From positions 22,692,001 to 22,756,000 of the forward strand of contig OZ024761.1 of NCBI GenBank assembly GCA_964016885.1: 64,000 bases of DNA. The letters run 5' to 3'. Within the stretch, counting starts at the first letter, position 1. The number at the start of each line of letters is the position of its first letter. Source of the DNA: Eledone cirrhosa (lineage: Eukaryota). Below, one piece after another: positions 52,491 to 62,807 of this stretch. Made by a program: the position numbers and the translations under genes. The notes beneath the pieces are model-generated. The model had not been told where the DNA came from. It did not search any database and saw only the letters and a program-made list of their open reading frames with translations.

Positions 52491-54235
52491 TATCATCATC
52501 ATCGTTTAACGTCCATCTTCCACGCTAGCATGGATTAGACGGGAGTTGTGCAAGGTTGGTCGGGTGACCGTGTCTCGCCTCATATAGGACTATCTGGCAG
52601 GCTTTCTACGGCTGGATGCCCTTCCTAACACCAACCACAGAACAGAGTAGACTGGGTGCTTTTCTTGTGGCGTCAAGACAACCACCTAACAGACTGGATT
52701 GGATGTTTTTTGTCATGGCACCAGCACTGTGGGAAAGCAGGTATGGAGATCTTGAGTACTGGCTTTCCATGCATGCATGGGTTGGACAGTAATGTGTATC
52801 AGAGGGGTTGGAGGAAGTACATCTACCCAAGGAGGAAGTACACCTGCCCAAGCCAGATGGTCTGTGACCAGTTTGTGACTAGATCAGACAAGAGACCACG
52901 TCCAAGACTGACTCCAGGTAATTATAGTTCCTTTGTTGATATTCTCTGCCAGTTGCAACACACAACACACTGAAATAATTAGGTAAATATACTCACCAGC
53001 TTTTCTTTGTCGACAAATCGAATACGGCGATAGTCATCTTTAGAATACTTCTACAGAGAGAAAACATTTCAAGATTATTACTATTATTATTGTTAATGTT
53101 ATCATCATCATCATATGCTGCTGTACGGGTCTGAGACATGGACACTGACCAAGAAACTCACTCAGATGGTGGATGGGTGCTACACGAGAATGCTGAGGAT
53201 GGCTCTGAACATTAATCAGTATACACCGAGGATGAAGAACTCGAAGTTGTATGGGAGCCTCCCAAAAGTCAGCTCAAAATAACACAGAGGAGACTGAGGT
53301 TAGCTGGACATGCTCACTGGACATTCAGAGTTGACAGTGTACTCAGTGCTCCTGTGGGAGCCCCTGCATGGACACACTAGAAGAGGAAGAGCAAGGTTGA
53401 CATATATTGATGCCCTAAGGACAGACACTAGTCTGTTGTAGCCCCTCTACATTGCGGCTATCACGAAGGACAGAGACTGCTGGAAAGAACTCGCCCAAGG
53501 ATCTCGGGAATTTTACCCGTCCCAGATAGATAGATAGGTAGATAGATATATAGATATGTTTATATGGGAATGTAGGGTTGTGTTGACTTATAGAATTATC
53601 AATGAACATTTACTGGTGGTGGAATCAAAATACCAAATATATTATACATCTATATATGCCTGTATACACACTCACACACATATATATATATATATATATA
53701 TAATCATCATCGTTTTATTTAAGACCGTTTGGTGTTAATTTGCGAGAAATTAGGTTGTTGTTTGTAGCAGATCGAGACATCACTGATCATATTAAACATC
53801 ACAGAAAAAAACAAGCTCCTAATAGCAAAGAACAACTGTACACATTGTCTTAATAATAGGGGACGTTCAGATGAAGTGCTATTTTGTGATGTTCATGCCT
53901 TTCCCGACGGCATTATCGAGGTGAAGTGAAATAACAACTCTAGTCTACATTAAAGCTAGTGAGGATCGAAACAGGGAGTTTGTAGACACAAATCGCTTGA
54001 ATCCGTCCTTAAAACAAAACATATGAAACGATATTGAGGACGTTGGTGTTGAAATGAAAAGAAATGAAAATATATCACCAACCTGGCCAGTATGGGTTAT
54101 TTTCTCAACAGTGTCCGGTTTACATGTCCTCGATAACATAGAACATGCAGCCTGGGAGGTGAGAAAAGGTTTGTGTATCGGTTGTATAGAGCGAGAAAGC
54201 GCCAAGGTCGTCAGCGGACGACGAAATGCAGCCAT
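50845..54235 (-). CDS. NDUFS6: NADH:ubiquinone oxidoreductase subunit S6 (13 kDa-A), 150 aa; complement(join(50845..50970,51816..51935,52997..53050,54083..54235))
   Basis: Arg/Ser-rich transit peptide, then [69 protein letters not shown], matching NDUFS6 motifs ([37 protein letters not shown]). All introns are phase 0, GT-AG. Confidence 0.95.
51151..51527. repeat. 32-37-bp minisatellite in NDUFS6 intron 3
   Basis: cagaataaccactagactccctttaaggcaataccc. Confidence 0.85.
51523..51725 (+). mobile_element. piggyBac-type MITE family A, degenerate
   Basis: Internal homology (ctttacctcacataatat..ttttgagaacaatac..agaattctggcc); ends aaagagttaa. Confidence 0.65.
51816..51935 (-). CDS. NDUFS6: NDUFS6 exon 3
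   Basis: tttAG|[40 protein letters not shown]|gtatgt. Confidence 0.93.
52307..52342 (+). ncRNA. Minimal type I hammerhead ribozyme motif
   Basis: TCTT-CTGAGGA-A-GGAC-TAGC-GTCC-GAAA-CG-T-T-AAGA. 4-bp stems I and II; palindromic ACGT stem III. Confidence 0.7.
52493..52730 (-). mobile_element. Meta-type SINE fragment with (ATG)n tail
   Basis: catcatcgtttaacgtccatcttccacgctagcatgg..ctggatgcccttcctaacaccaaccac. Related copies at ~14951-15245, 16895-17035, 37630-37880, 49020-49300, 51025-51150, 59686-59822. Confidence 0.7.
52997..53050 (-). CDS. NDUFS6: NDUFS6 exon 2
   Basis: ctgtAG|[18 protein letters not shown]|gtgagt. Confidence 0.93.
53115..53550 (+). mobile_element. RTE-like LINE 3' fragment with (AGAT)n tail; second copy at 55903-56270
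   Basis: [49 protein letters not shown]. Confidence 0.8.
54083..54235 (-). CDS. NDUFS6: NDUFS6 exon 1
   Basis: [16 protein letters not shown]|gttggt. Confidence 0.93.
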
Positions 54236-54239
54236 GTTT
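54228..54239 (-). promoter_or_regulatory. TISU/YY1-like element over the NDUFS6 start codon
   Basis: Minus strand CAAACATGGCTGC resembles SAASATGGCGGC / AAnATGGC, in a locally CpG-rich zone. Confidence 0.3.
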
Positions 54240-54523
54240 GTAAGCTGGTTAAGAATAACAAAGGGGGAGATAATAGAGTCAGGGGGAGATAAACCAGCTT
54301 AACTTAGGACAAGGTTAATTGTAGCTTAATGAATTTAACGTTGCGGGTCTTTGACCTTCGTCTGATAGCTCACACCACTGCAGGTTTAGCTGGCCTCCTG
54401 TGACACCAATAAATTAATTACCCCTTTCACTGATATTGAAAGTGTGTATAGGACTTGAATACATGCACACAGGTACTGGGTAATTGCTGGCCTTGCGCCA
54501 AAAGTAGAAACAATTATATGTAT

Positions 54524-54861
54524 ATCATCATCATTTCATTTTACGTCCGCTTTTCCCTGCTTGCAAGGGTGGGACGGGAACTGATTCTGGCTTCATTTCT
54601 ACAGCTGGATGTCCTTCCTAACACCAACCTCATTTACAGTGAGTGCTGGATGCTTTTTTGCCGTGGCACCTCCACGACCACTTTGCAGTGGAATGATAGG
54701 GACCCCAGTCCCTATCATCTCATTTCTACAGCTGAGTCAACTGGAGCAATGTGAAATAAAGTGTCTTGCTCAAGGAAACAACACATCACCCGGTCTGAGA
54801 ATTGAACTCACAACCTTTCGATTGCAAGGCCAATGCTCTAACCACTAAGCCATGTGCCTCC
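54524..54861 (-). mobile_element. tRNA-derived SINE, full length, near-identical to 14591-14926
   Basis: Only a handful of substitutions between the two copies. Confidence 0.8.
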
Positions 54862-55094
54862 TATATATAAGGGAACAAAGAATCAGTGTTGTATCATATA
54901 CATATTTAATTACATATTACACATGTTTCACTGTCGACCAGCTCGAGGAATGATCTATTAATGATCGAACCTCACTCTGGAACTGGAAGCTCCTTAGATA
55001 TGTGTTAAGATGTAGGGCTCGCATCTGAGGGTGGTTGAATATTATCTCAAGTCATTCTTATATTCTACCACACACTCTGCACCTTTAATACCTA

Positions 55095-55137
<43 letters not shown>

Positions 55138-55439
55138 GATAACAAGTTATCGTTAGAGGTAATCCAGTTAGAGGTGAGTACTCTGTATTGTGGATAGTTT
55201 TAATGTACGGCTTTGTTTGACTCAACAAGATGTTTCCATAGTTAGGCAGCGAGTTCGTGAGAATTCCTATGCAGGTCATACTTGGAGTAATAATAGTGAA
55301 AGACTGGGTCAAGTGACGCAACTTCGAGTGATTAGCAGCCTTTAGACTCACCTGATCAATGAAACAATTGTTACTACTTGAAATAAAGCCCCTTGTTGTA
55401 CAGCCGACCATGTTATTCTTCAATCTTTCACTATCTATC

Positions 55440-55474
<35 letters not shown>

Positions 55475-55639
55475 AGACAACTCATCTAAACATAAACATG
55501 ATGATAATATGTGTGTGTGTTGTTTAGTTCCATGTTAGTCTAGTTTAAGATGTGCTTTTTTAGAGATTATTTGGCTATTATTTCTAGCAGGTCGAGACAT
55601 CACATAGACTTTTAACTTTGCTAGGCTATGCTTCCATGT

Positions 55640-55685
55640 TATATATGTATATATATACATATATATATATATATATACATGTGTA

Positions 55686-55736
<51 letters not shown>

Positions 55737-55902
55737 ATATACATGTGTATATATGTATATATATACATATATATATATATACATGTGTATATATGTATAT
55801 ATATATATATACATGTATATATATATATACATGTGTATATATGTATATATACACATGTATATATATATACATGTGTATATATATATATATACATGTATGT
55901 AC
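55640..55902. repeat. (TA)n/ACATGT compound microsatellite
   Basis: Direct reading. Confidence 0.85.
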
Positions 55903-56270
55903 ACACTCAGATGGTGGATGGGTGCTACACAAGAATGCTGAGGATGGCTCTGAACATTAATCAGTATACACTGAGGATGGAGATCTCAAAGCTGTATGGG
56001 AGCCTCCCAAAAGTCAGCTTGAGAGTAACACAGAGGAGATTGAGGTTAGCTGGACATTCAGAGTTGACATTGCACTCAGTGGTTCCTGTGGGAGCTCCTG
56101 CATGGACACACTGGAAGAGGGAGACCGAGGTTGACATATATTGATGCCCTAAGGACAGACACTGGTTTCTTGGAGACGCAGGACATGGCAGCGATAATGA
56201 GGGACAGAGACCGCTGGAGAGAACTCGTCCATAGATCTCGGGAATTTTACCCACCCTAGATAGATAGATA
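55903..56270 (+). mobile_element. RTE-like LINE 3' fragment
   Basis: [29 protein letters not shown]; highly similar to 53160-53530. Confidence 0.8.
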
Positions 56271-56282
56271 TGTGTATATTTC

Positions 56283-56478
56283 TGAAGGCACATGGCTTAG
56301 TGGTGATGTCACCGGTGCCAAGCTGTATCGGTCTTTGTCTTTCCCTTCGACAATATCGGTGGAGAGGGGAGACTGGTATGTATGGGCGACTGTTGGTCTT
56401 TTACAAACAACCTTGCCTGGACTTCTCGGAGAACTTTATAGGTGCAAATCCCATGGTCATTCGTGACCGAAGAGAGAC
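56283..56478 (+). mobile_element. Dispersed SINE-like repeat, third family (also ~28905-29090 and 45142-45255 on -)
   Basis: Shared ggagactggtatgtatgggcgactgttggtctt..aaacaaccttgcc..cccatggtc; tRNA A-box-like start in this copy. Confidence 0.55.
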
Positions 56479-56486
56479 TTAAACAA

Positions 56487-56524
<38 letters not shown>

Positions 56525-56801
56525 CAGGCCACTGCACAACTTAAAAAAACATCTCCAATACAGAAAATATTATCAATACAATTATTTTTTTTTTAACATT
56601 TTATTTCATAAATAAATAGAATTTGAATTCAATCTTCCACAGTATAAAACCCTTTAACCCTTGTAGGAATAAAACACCATAGGGTCTAATGGAGTGCCCA
56701 CTCCATTTGGGTCCAGTTAGTATCTGGAACAGAACTCTCCCTACTCAGAACTAGTCAAATCCCTTGTTATAAATTTGGGAAATTCCACCTCCTCCTTCAG
56801 C

Positions 56802-56895
56802 TCACATCGGAATATACCCCGGAGACTGCCGTGACTGTTTCTTTAGTGAATGTTCCCGCTTTGCTTTGATCCGGATACTTTGAGCCTTTTCTGCC
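56802..56895 (-). CDS. MRPL58: ICT1 exon 6
   Basis: tttAG|G AEKAQSIRIKAKREHSLKKQSRQSPGYIPM*; AATAAA at 56605-56600. Confidence 0.92.
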
Positions 56896-58299
56896 CTAAA
56901 TAGAAGAATTTTAGATTATTATGTAGTAAAATAATAATTGTTTCTACAGCAATTACCCAGTACATTACTGGTACTTTATTTTATTGACCCCGTAAGGATG
57001 AAAGGCAAAGTTAACCTCGGCGGGATTTGAACTCAGACCGTAAAGAGACGTAACTATGCTGGAAAGCATGGTGTCCGACCCTCTACCGATACTGCCAATT
57101 CACCGCCCTAGTAAAATAATAATAATAATAATGGTTTCTCTAAAAAAAAAAAAAAGCAACTTACTGTAGTGCTTTCAATTTCGAAGTCTCTTCAGAAGGT
57201 TCCGCAGGTTGGAAGCTAGCTTTAAAGATCATATTCCGTAACTTCTGCATACAGTCAGCTTGGTTCAGGAGCTGTTTACGAGTACGATCTGAGGTTACAA
57301 TAAGGAATCCATTTTTGTTTATTTTGGTGTGGTTCTGTGAAGAGAGAAGACATTTTTTTTTTTTCTTTTTAGTATCAAATCAGATCAATAATTTGAGATC
57401 AATGAACTGTAACCTGTCCAGTTCATACCAGCAAGGGAAACATGAAAAAACAATGATGATGATAAAGATAGTACCTAACTGTCTGAAATCATATATATAA
57501 TACTGAGCTTCATAAATGTCAACAAATCTGCTCAAAATACTGAACTAATTCAAAATACTGAACCAATTCAAACTACTGAACCAGCTCAAACTACTGAACC
57601 AGCTCAAACTACTGAGCCAGCTCAAACTACTGAACCAGCTCAAACTACTGAACTAATTCAAACTACTGAGCCAGCTCAAACTACTGAACCAGCTCAAACT
57701 ACTGAACTAATTCAAACTACTGAACCAATTCAAACTACTGAGCCAGCTCAAACTACTGAACCAATTCAAACTACTGAGCCAGCTCAAACTACTGAACTAA
57801 TTCAAACTACTGAACCAATTCAAACTACTGAGCCAGCTCAAACTACTGAACCAATTCAAACTACTGAGCCAGCTCAAACTACTGAACCAGCTCAAACTAC
57901 TGAACTAATTCAAACTACTGAACCAATTCAAACTACTGAGCCAGCTCAAACTACTGAACCAATTCAAACTACTGAGCCAGCTCAAACTACTGAACCAATT
58001 CAAACTACTGAGCCAGCTCAAACTTCTGATCCAGCTCAAACTACTGAACTAATTCAAACTACTGAGTCAGTTCAAAGTACCGAGAGGGGTTTGATAAACA
58101 TCAGACAGTCTGATCAAACTACCAACTGATAACCAATAATGGTTCAAATAAGACAACAAGTAATTTAATATTTACCTCTTCTAATATTTTGGTCTTAATC
58201 CTGGAAGATATCCATGATGCAGACTGAAGATGAAAACGTACCTCAACTTTGGTGTTCACTTGAAAAACAGAAGGAAAAAAAACCCCGAGTTAGTTAGAA

Positions 58300-58343
<44 letters not shown>

Positions 58344-59526
58344 TTATTTAGTTCCACAACAAATCAGCATACCATAATACCATACACGAGGACGCGCATT
58401 TCACTGGACAAACTTTCAACCCGTGTATGGCTGCGGTACTACACAAGATGTTATAGAACAGAACAAAGGAAAGACACAAAATAACAAATTAGTCACATAA
58501 TGTATGACAAAAGAGCTTTTACAATAAACAAATAAACAGCGTGGAAGATGGACGTTAAACGATGATGATGATGATGATGAAACAACCATTCGATTATTAG
58601 ACCAATCAAATGGAAATTTATAATAGATTGAAGTGAAAACCAACAGGTATGTGCACGTGTTTTTATTGGCAGCATGACCCTCCCAAAGTATAACAACATG
58701 ACCCTCCCAAAGTATAACAGCATGACCCTCCCAAAGTATAACAACATGACCCTCCCAAAGTATAACAACATGACCCTCCCAAAGTATAACAGCATGACCC
58801 TCCCAAAGTATAACAATATCAGTTTCAATGCATTTTTTTCTGATCAGAAATCTTGCAAAACAAATACAAAAGAGAAGTTGAAAATGCAATGAAGTCTTTA
58901 AGATTTATTTATAATTTTACTTGTTTCACAGTTTGGTGATTTTCAAAAGTTAAGTGAGAGGGAGAGATGTGTGACTACGCCGTGAGGTGTCTAGTTGACC
59001 TTAATGACATCACTAGTGGCCCTATCCATATACCCACAAATATAATCTTACCTTTATTGACATTTTGTCCTCCTGGGCCACTTGATTTCATATGTGTGAT
59101 TTGAAGTTGATCTAAAACATGCAAATATTAAAGAAAATATCACTTAATGATATATATATATATGTATGTATGTGTATATATATATATATGTATGTATGTG
59201 TGTATATATATGTATGTATGTATGTATGTGTGTGTGTGAAAAGTATACTGAAAAAACACAACAGATGATGAGATTCAATGAAGATATATATTAGTTTCAC
59301 GCTTAATATAGTAGGAAAAATCTCAACATTTCGGACACTAGTCCTTCATCAGAAAATAGAATGAGAATTTAACAGAAAACTAGAAAGATAGAGGGTAGTT
59401 AGCAGGGCAGAAATGAAAAAATATTTCTTTAGAACAAAGCAGGCCTGTTCATTTCACCATCTCTTGGAGAACTGTTCACAGGAGTGTTATTGGTGTATGA
59501 AGCTGAGTTGGCCGTTTTTTGCAAGG

Positions 59527-59557
<31 letters not shown>

Positions 59558-61498
59558 GTAGACAGAGATGCAATACAATTCAAGCAGTCAACGTCACATT
59601 ACATCAAAATAAGGATAACAGAGTAGAATTAGAATGAGGAAAATGCGAAGTAGATATTAAAGTGTCCTTTATTTTAAATATATATATCATCATCATCATT
59701 TAATGTCTATCTTCCACACTAGCATGGGTTAGACGGGTTTGTCCCACTTGAGGCAAGAATGGTCAGGTGACCGTGTCTTGCTCGTATAGAAACTGTTTCT
59801 GGCTGGTTTTCTACGGCTGGAAACAGTGCCTGACGGCTCAGCTCTTTACACTCTACTTTCCCAAGTACCAAGTACTTAGCTGAACAATAGTCAGTCTTAC
59901 TAGTCTAAACTGTTATTGTTGGTGTTTGTTTTAAATGTAAGATTTCCAAAAGATACTTACTAAGAGGAATGTATCCTGTGAAACTTTCATTGGAATCTAG
60001 AGAAGAGTACTGAACAATGGAGAAATAAAACAGATGATTAATTGGATGGTAACCAGATTTAGATTTAATTTTTTAAAATTATTATTTTGAATAACAGTAA
60101 AAGAGAAGGAGGAGGATTGAAACTATGAAAAATAGAAAGTTTTGATTCTTCTTCTTCTTCGCTTACTTATTCCTGAGAGGGTCGTGGAGGGCAGAGTCCT
60201 CAAACACTCCTTCCAACGGAGCTTTGTCTTTCATCTTTCCAGGGTTGATAAAATAAAGTACCAGTAAAGAACTGGGTCGATATAATGATCCCTCGGTGGT
60301 CCCATCCACTACTTTGGGAAGAAGTTTTAACAGCCAACAAAAACAGGGACTGCCCTTTCGATGAGCTTCAGCAGTTTCCGTCAGCCAAATTCCACATTTT
60401 AAACCACGACGCTTTGGTCGATCGCAAAAATGTCGCCTAAGAGGATCGAACCACTCCGCAACCCCATAATTTAGAAGAGAACCTCTTAACTACACAGCCA
60501 TGTCTGTGAAATAAAGGTGACTTTCAATGGTCGGTTGGTAAAACAAGGGAGGTAATTCCGACATAAACTGTTTCTATTGTTATCGTGGTTCCAAACATAG
60601 ACACAGGAAATTAATTGACAACATCGAATACAATGCCTTGCGGCATTCATTGTCTCTGTTCTCTGAGTTCAAATCCGGCCGAGGTCAACTTTTCCTCTCA
60701 TTTTTACGAGGTCGATAAAAATAAAATCTACCAGTCTAGTACTGGGGTCGATTCTTCCTCTATATCTCTTACTTCCTCTATCTCGTTCTCTCTCGAAGAA
60801 ATCGACTGGAGTTATGGCTTCATACATACAACATACAACAAAGACACAAAGCCAGCAAAAATCGGTGAAATCGAAACTCAGTGTGTTACTGGTACTCCAT
60901 TTTATCAACTCCGGGAGGATGAAAAATGAAGTTAACTTCGGCGAAATATGAGCTCAGAACGTAAAGGGTCGTAACTAGGTGCGGCAAAGAATTTAACTCG
61001 GCTCTCAAACGATTCTGCCCATCCACCTCCCTCACTCTCTATACAAGCACAAAAATCAAACATTGGATATGTTTTGATACCTCATATATATATATATATA
61101 TATATAATCATTATATATATATATGTATAATCATTTTTTCATTACTATTATAAGGGGTCTGACGAGCCGTGAATTACAGAGTCGGGCTAGATCGATACAG
61201 ATCGAACCTTGAGCTGATCAGTGGCGAAACGCGCGTCACCAACCAATAAACGTAATGAAGGAGTATCCACTCGTCCTTGTTTTATTTTACTGAGTGTGTT
61301 TTTACTTACCTTAGTTGTTGGTGGCGGAGAATAAGGATCTAAATTACTGTTGGGGTAGTGGTTCTCGAGAGATTGAACACTTTTATATTTAGCCGCAGGG
61401 TTACTAGAAGAAAAGGTCCTGACATGGTGGTTAAACAGTATTTTTAGGGCATTCGTCTGTAGAAAGTGGGAACAGACCCGTACATTAGACAACGACAT
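56802..61498 (-). CDS. MRPL58: Mitochondrial peptidyl-tRNA hydrolase ICT1 / mL62, 214 aa; complement(join(56802..56895,57165..57334,58176..58258,59052..59111,59961..60009,61310..61498))
   Basis: [90 protein letters not shown]..basic tail RIKAKREHSLKKQSR. This is the ICT1/ArfB signature with GGQ. Phases are consistent (645 nt). Confidence 0.95.
56939..57108 (-). mobile_element. Nin/Deu-domain tRNA-SINE, full length with 15-bp TSD, in the last ICT1 intron
   Basis: Minus strand: tggcagtatcggtagag..gagttcaaatccc gccgaggttaactttgcctttcatccttacggggtcaataaaataaagtacc. TSD TAGTAAAATAATAAT at 56924-56938 and 57109-57123. Confidence 0.82.
57165..57334 (-). CDS. MRPL58: ICT1 exon 5
   Basis: cacAG|[39 protein letters not shown] CA|gtaagt. 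Confidence 0.93.
57530..58080. repeat. 18-bp minisatellite, ~30 copies, ICT1 intron 4
   Basis: caaactactga(a/g)c(c/t)a(g/a)(c/t)t. Confidence 0.92.
58176..58258 (-). CDS. MRPL58: ICT1 exon 4
   Basis: tttttcaAG|..[27 protein letters not shown]|gtaaat. Confidence 0.93.
58672..58817. repeat. 24-bp minisatellite x6, ICT1 intron 3
   Basis: catgaccctcccaaagtataaca(a/g). Confidence 0.9.
59052..59111 (-). CDS. MRPL58: ICT1 exon 3 (GGQ)
   Basis: [19 protein letters not shown] G|gtaaga. Confidence 0.95.
59321..59356 (-). ncRNA. Minimal type I hammerhead motif, same family as 52307, partly decayed
   Basis: Minus strand: TTTT-CTGATGA-A-GGAC-TAGT-GTCC-GAAA-TG-T-T-GAGA. Downstream flank homologous to 52343-52400 and 8600-8660. 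Confidence 0.55.
59961..60009 (-). CDS. MRPL58: ICT1 exon 2
   Basis: ttcAG|YSSLDSNESFTGYIPL A|gtaagt. Confidence 0.88.
61156..61240 (+). ncRNA. Type I hammerhead ribozyme motif with long stem II
   Basis: GGT-CTGACGA-GCCGT..GTGGC-GAAA-CGCGCG-T-C-ACC, then AATAAA. GUC site; palindromic stem III ACGCGCGT. Confidence 0.72.
61310..61498 (-). CDS. MRPL58: ICT1 exon 1
   Basis: [23 protein letters not shown]..PTTK|gtaagt. Confidence 0.9.
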
Positions 61499-61730
61499 GT
61501 TTACAGCAATCTCTCCTCTACACGGGAACTCTTCTTTACTTTTGGGACTCAAGGGGAATAACTCTCGTAAAATTAAAATAATTGTTTCTACTTTTGGCAC
61601 AAGACCAGCGCATTACTGGTACTTTATTTTATCGACCCCGTAAGGGTGAAAGGCAAAGACAACCTCGGCGAGATTTGAATTCAGAACGCAAAGGGCCGTA
61701 ACTCTATGCCGAGAAGCATGGTGTCCGGAA

Positions 61731-62617
61731 ACATTTTTCATGCTCAGAGTTGCTGAAGCATGGAACAAACTACCTGCATCAGTTGTTAGCTGCCGAGACA
61801 CTGCATCCTTTAAAACGTCCATGGAACAAACTACCAGCATCAGTTGTTAGCTGTCGAGACACTGCATCCTTTAAAACCTCCATGGAACAAACTACCTGCA
61901 TCAGTTGTTAGCTGTCGAGACACTGCATCTTTTAAAACCTCCATGGAACAAACTACCTGCATCAGTTGTTAGCTGTCGAGACACTGCATCCTTTAAAACC
62001 TCCATGGAACAAACTACCTGCATCAGTTATTAGCTGTCGAGACACTGCATCCTTTAAAACCTCCATGGAACAAACTACCAGCATCAGTTGTTAGCTGTCG
62101 AGACAGTGCATCCTTTAAAACCTCCATGGAACAAACTACCTGTATCAGTTGTTAGCTGTCGAGACACTGCATCCTTTAAAACCTCCATGGAACAAGCTAC
62201 CTGCCTCGGTTGTTAGCTGTCGAGACACTGCATCCTTTAAAACTTCCATGGAACAAACTACCTGCATCAGTTGTTAGCTGTCGAGACACTGCATCCTTTA
62301 AAACCTCCATGGAACAAACTACCAGCATCAGTTGTTAGCTGTCGAGACACTGCATCCTTTAAAACCTCCATGGAACAAACTACCAGCATCAGTTGTTAGC
62401 TGTCAGGACACTGCATCCTTTAAAACCGCCATGCTTCCCGAGATTTGCCAACACTACACCTAATATTCCCCCTCCATACACACACACACATGTATATCAT
62501 GACTCATACACTGTTCACTTTCCTGACATTTGTACATTATTCTATGTACTATACATGCACCTTTGATGAGTTGTAGTGCACCTGAGCACTGTACACAATA
62601 ATTTCATTATTATTATA
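61731..62617 (+). mobile_element. CR1/L2-like LINE 3' end with internal 11 x 61-bp tandem array (61759-62430)
   Basis: FFMLRVAEAWNKLPASVVSCRDTASFKT..MLPEICQHYT*, then a 3'UTR ending gagcactgtacacaataatttc(att)n. The same tail occurs at 21283-21330. Confidence 0.75.
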
Positions 62618-62807
62618 ATATAGATAAAGTACCAGTAATGTACTGGATAATTGCTGGCCTTGTGCCAAAAGTAGAAACAATCAGCCATGATGGTGATTAG
62701 AACCCAATATCTCTCTGTTTGAATCTGCCACTGCTAATGATTCTGCCAAATTCATGTCATTGACTCACTTCCTCTTACAAATGAGGAGAAAAGAGAAAAA
62801 AATAAGG

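Noticed and set aside
61499-61600. ORF-track N-terminal extension of ICT1
   Set aside because: Starts at a non-ATG codon inside a SINE tail; ATG 61498 gives a normal transit peptide.
6575-62430. Regularly spaced direct repeats resembling CRISPR arrays
   Set aside because: Units are contiguous with no unique spacers, there are no cas genes, and the context is eukaryotic.
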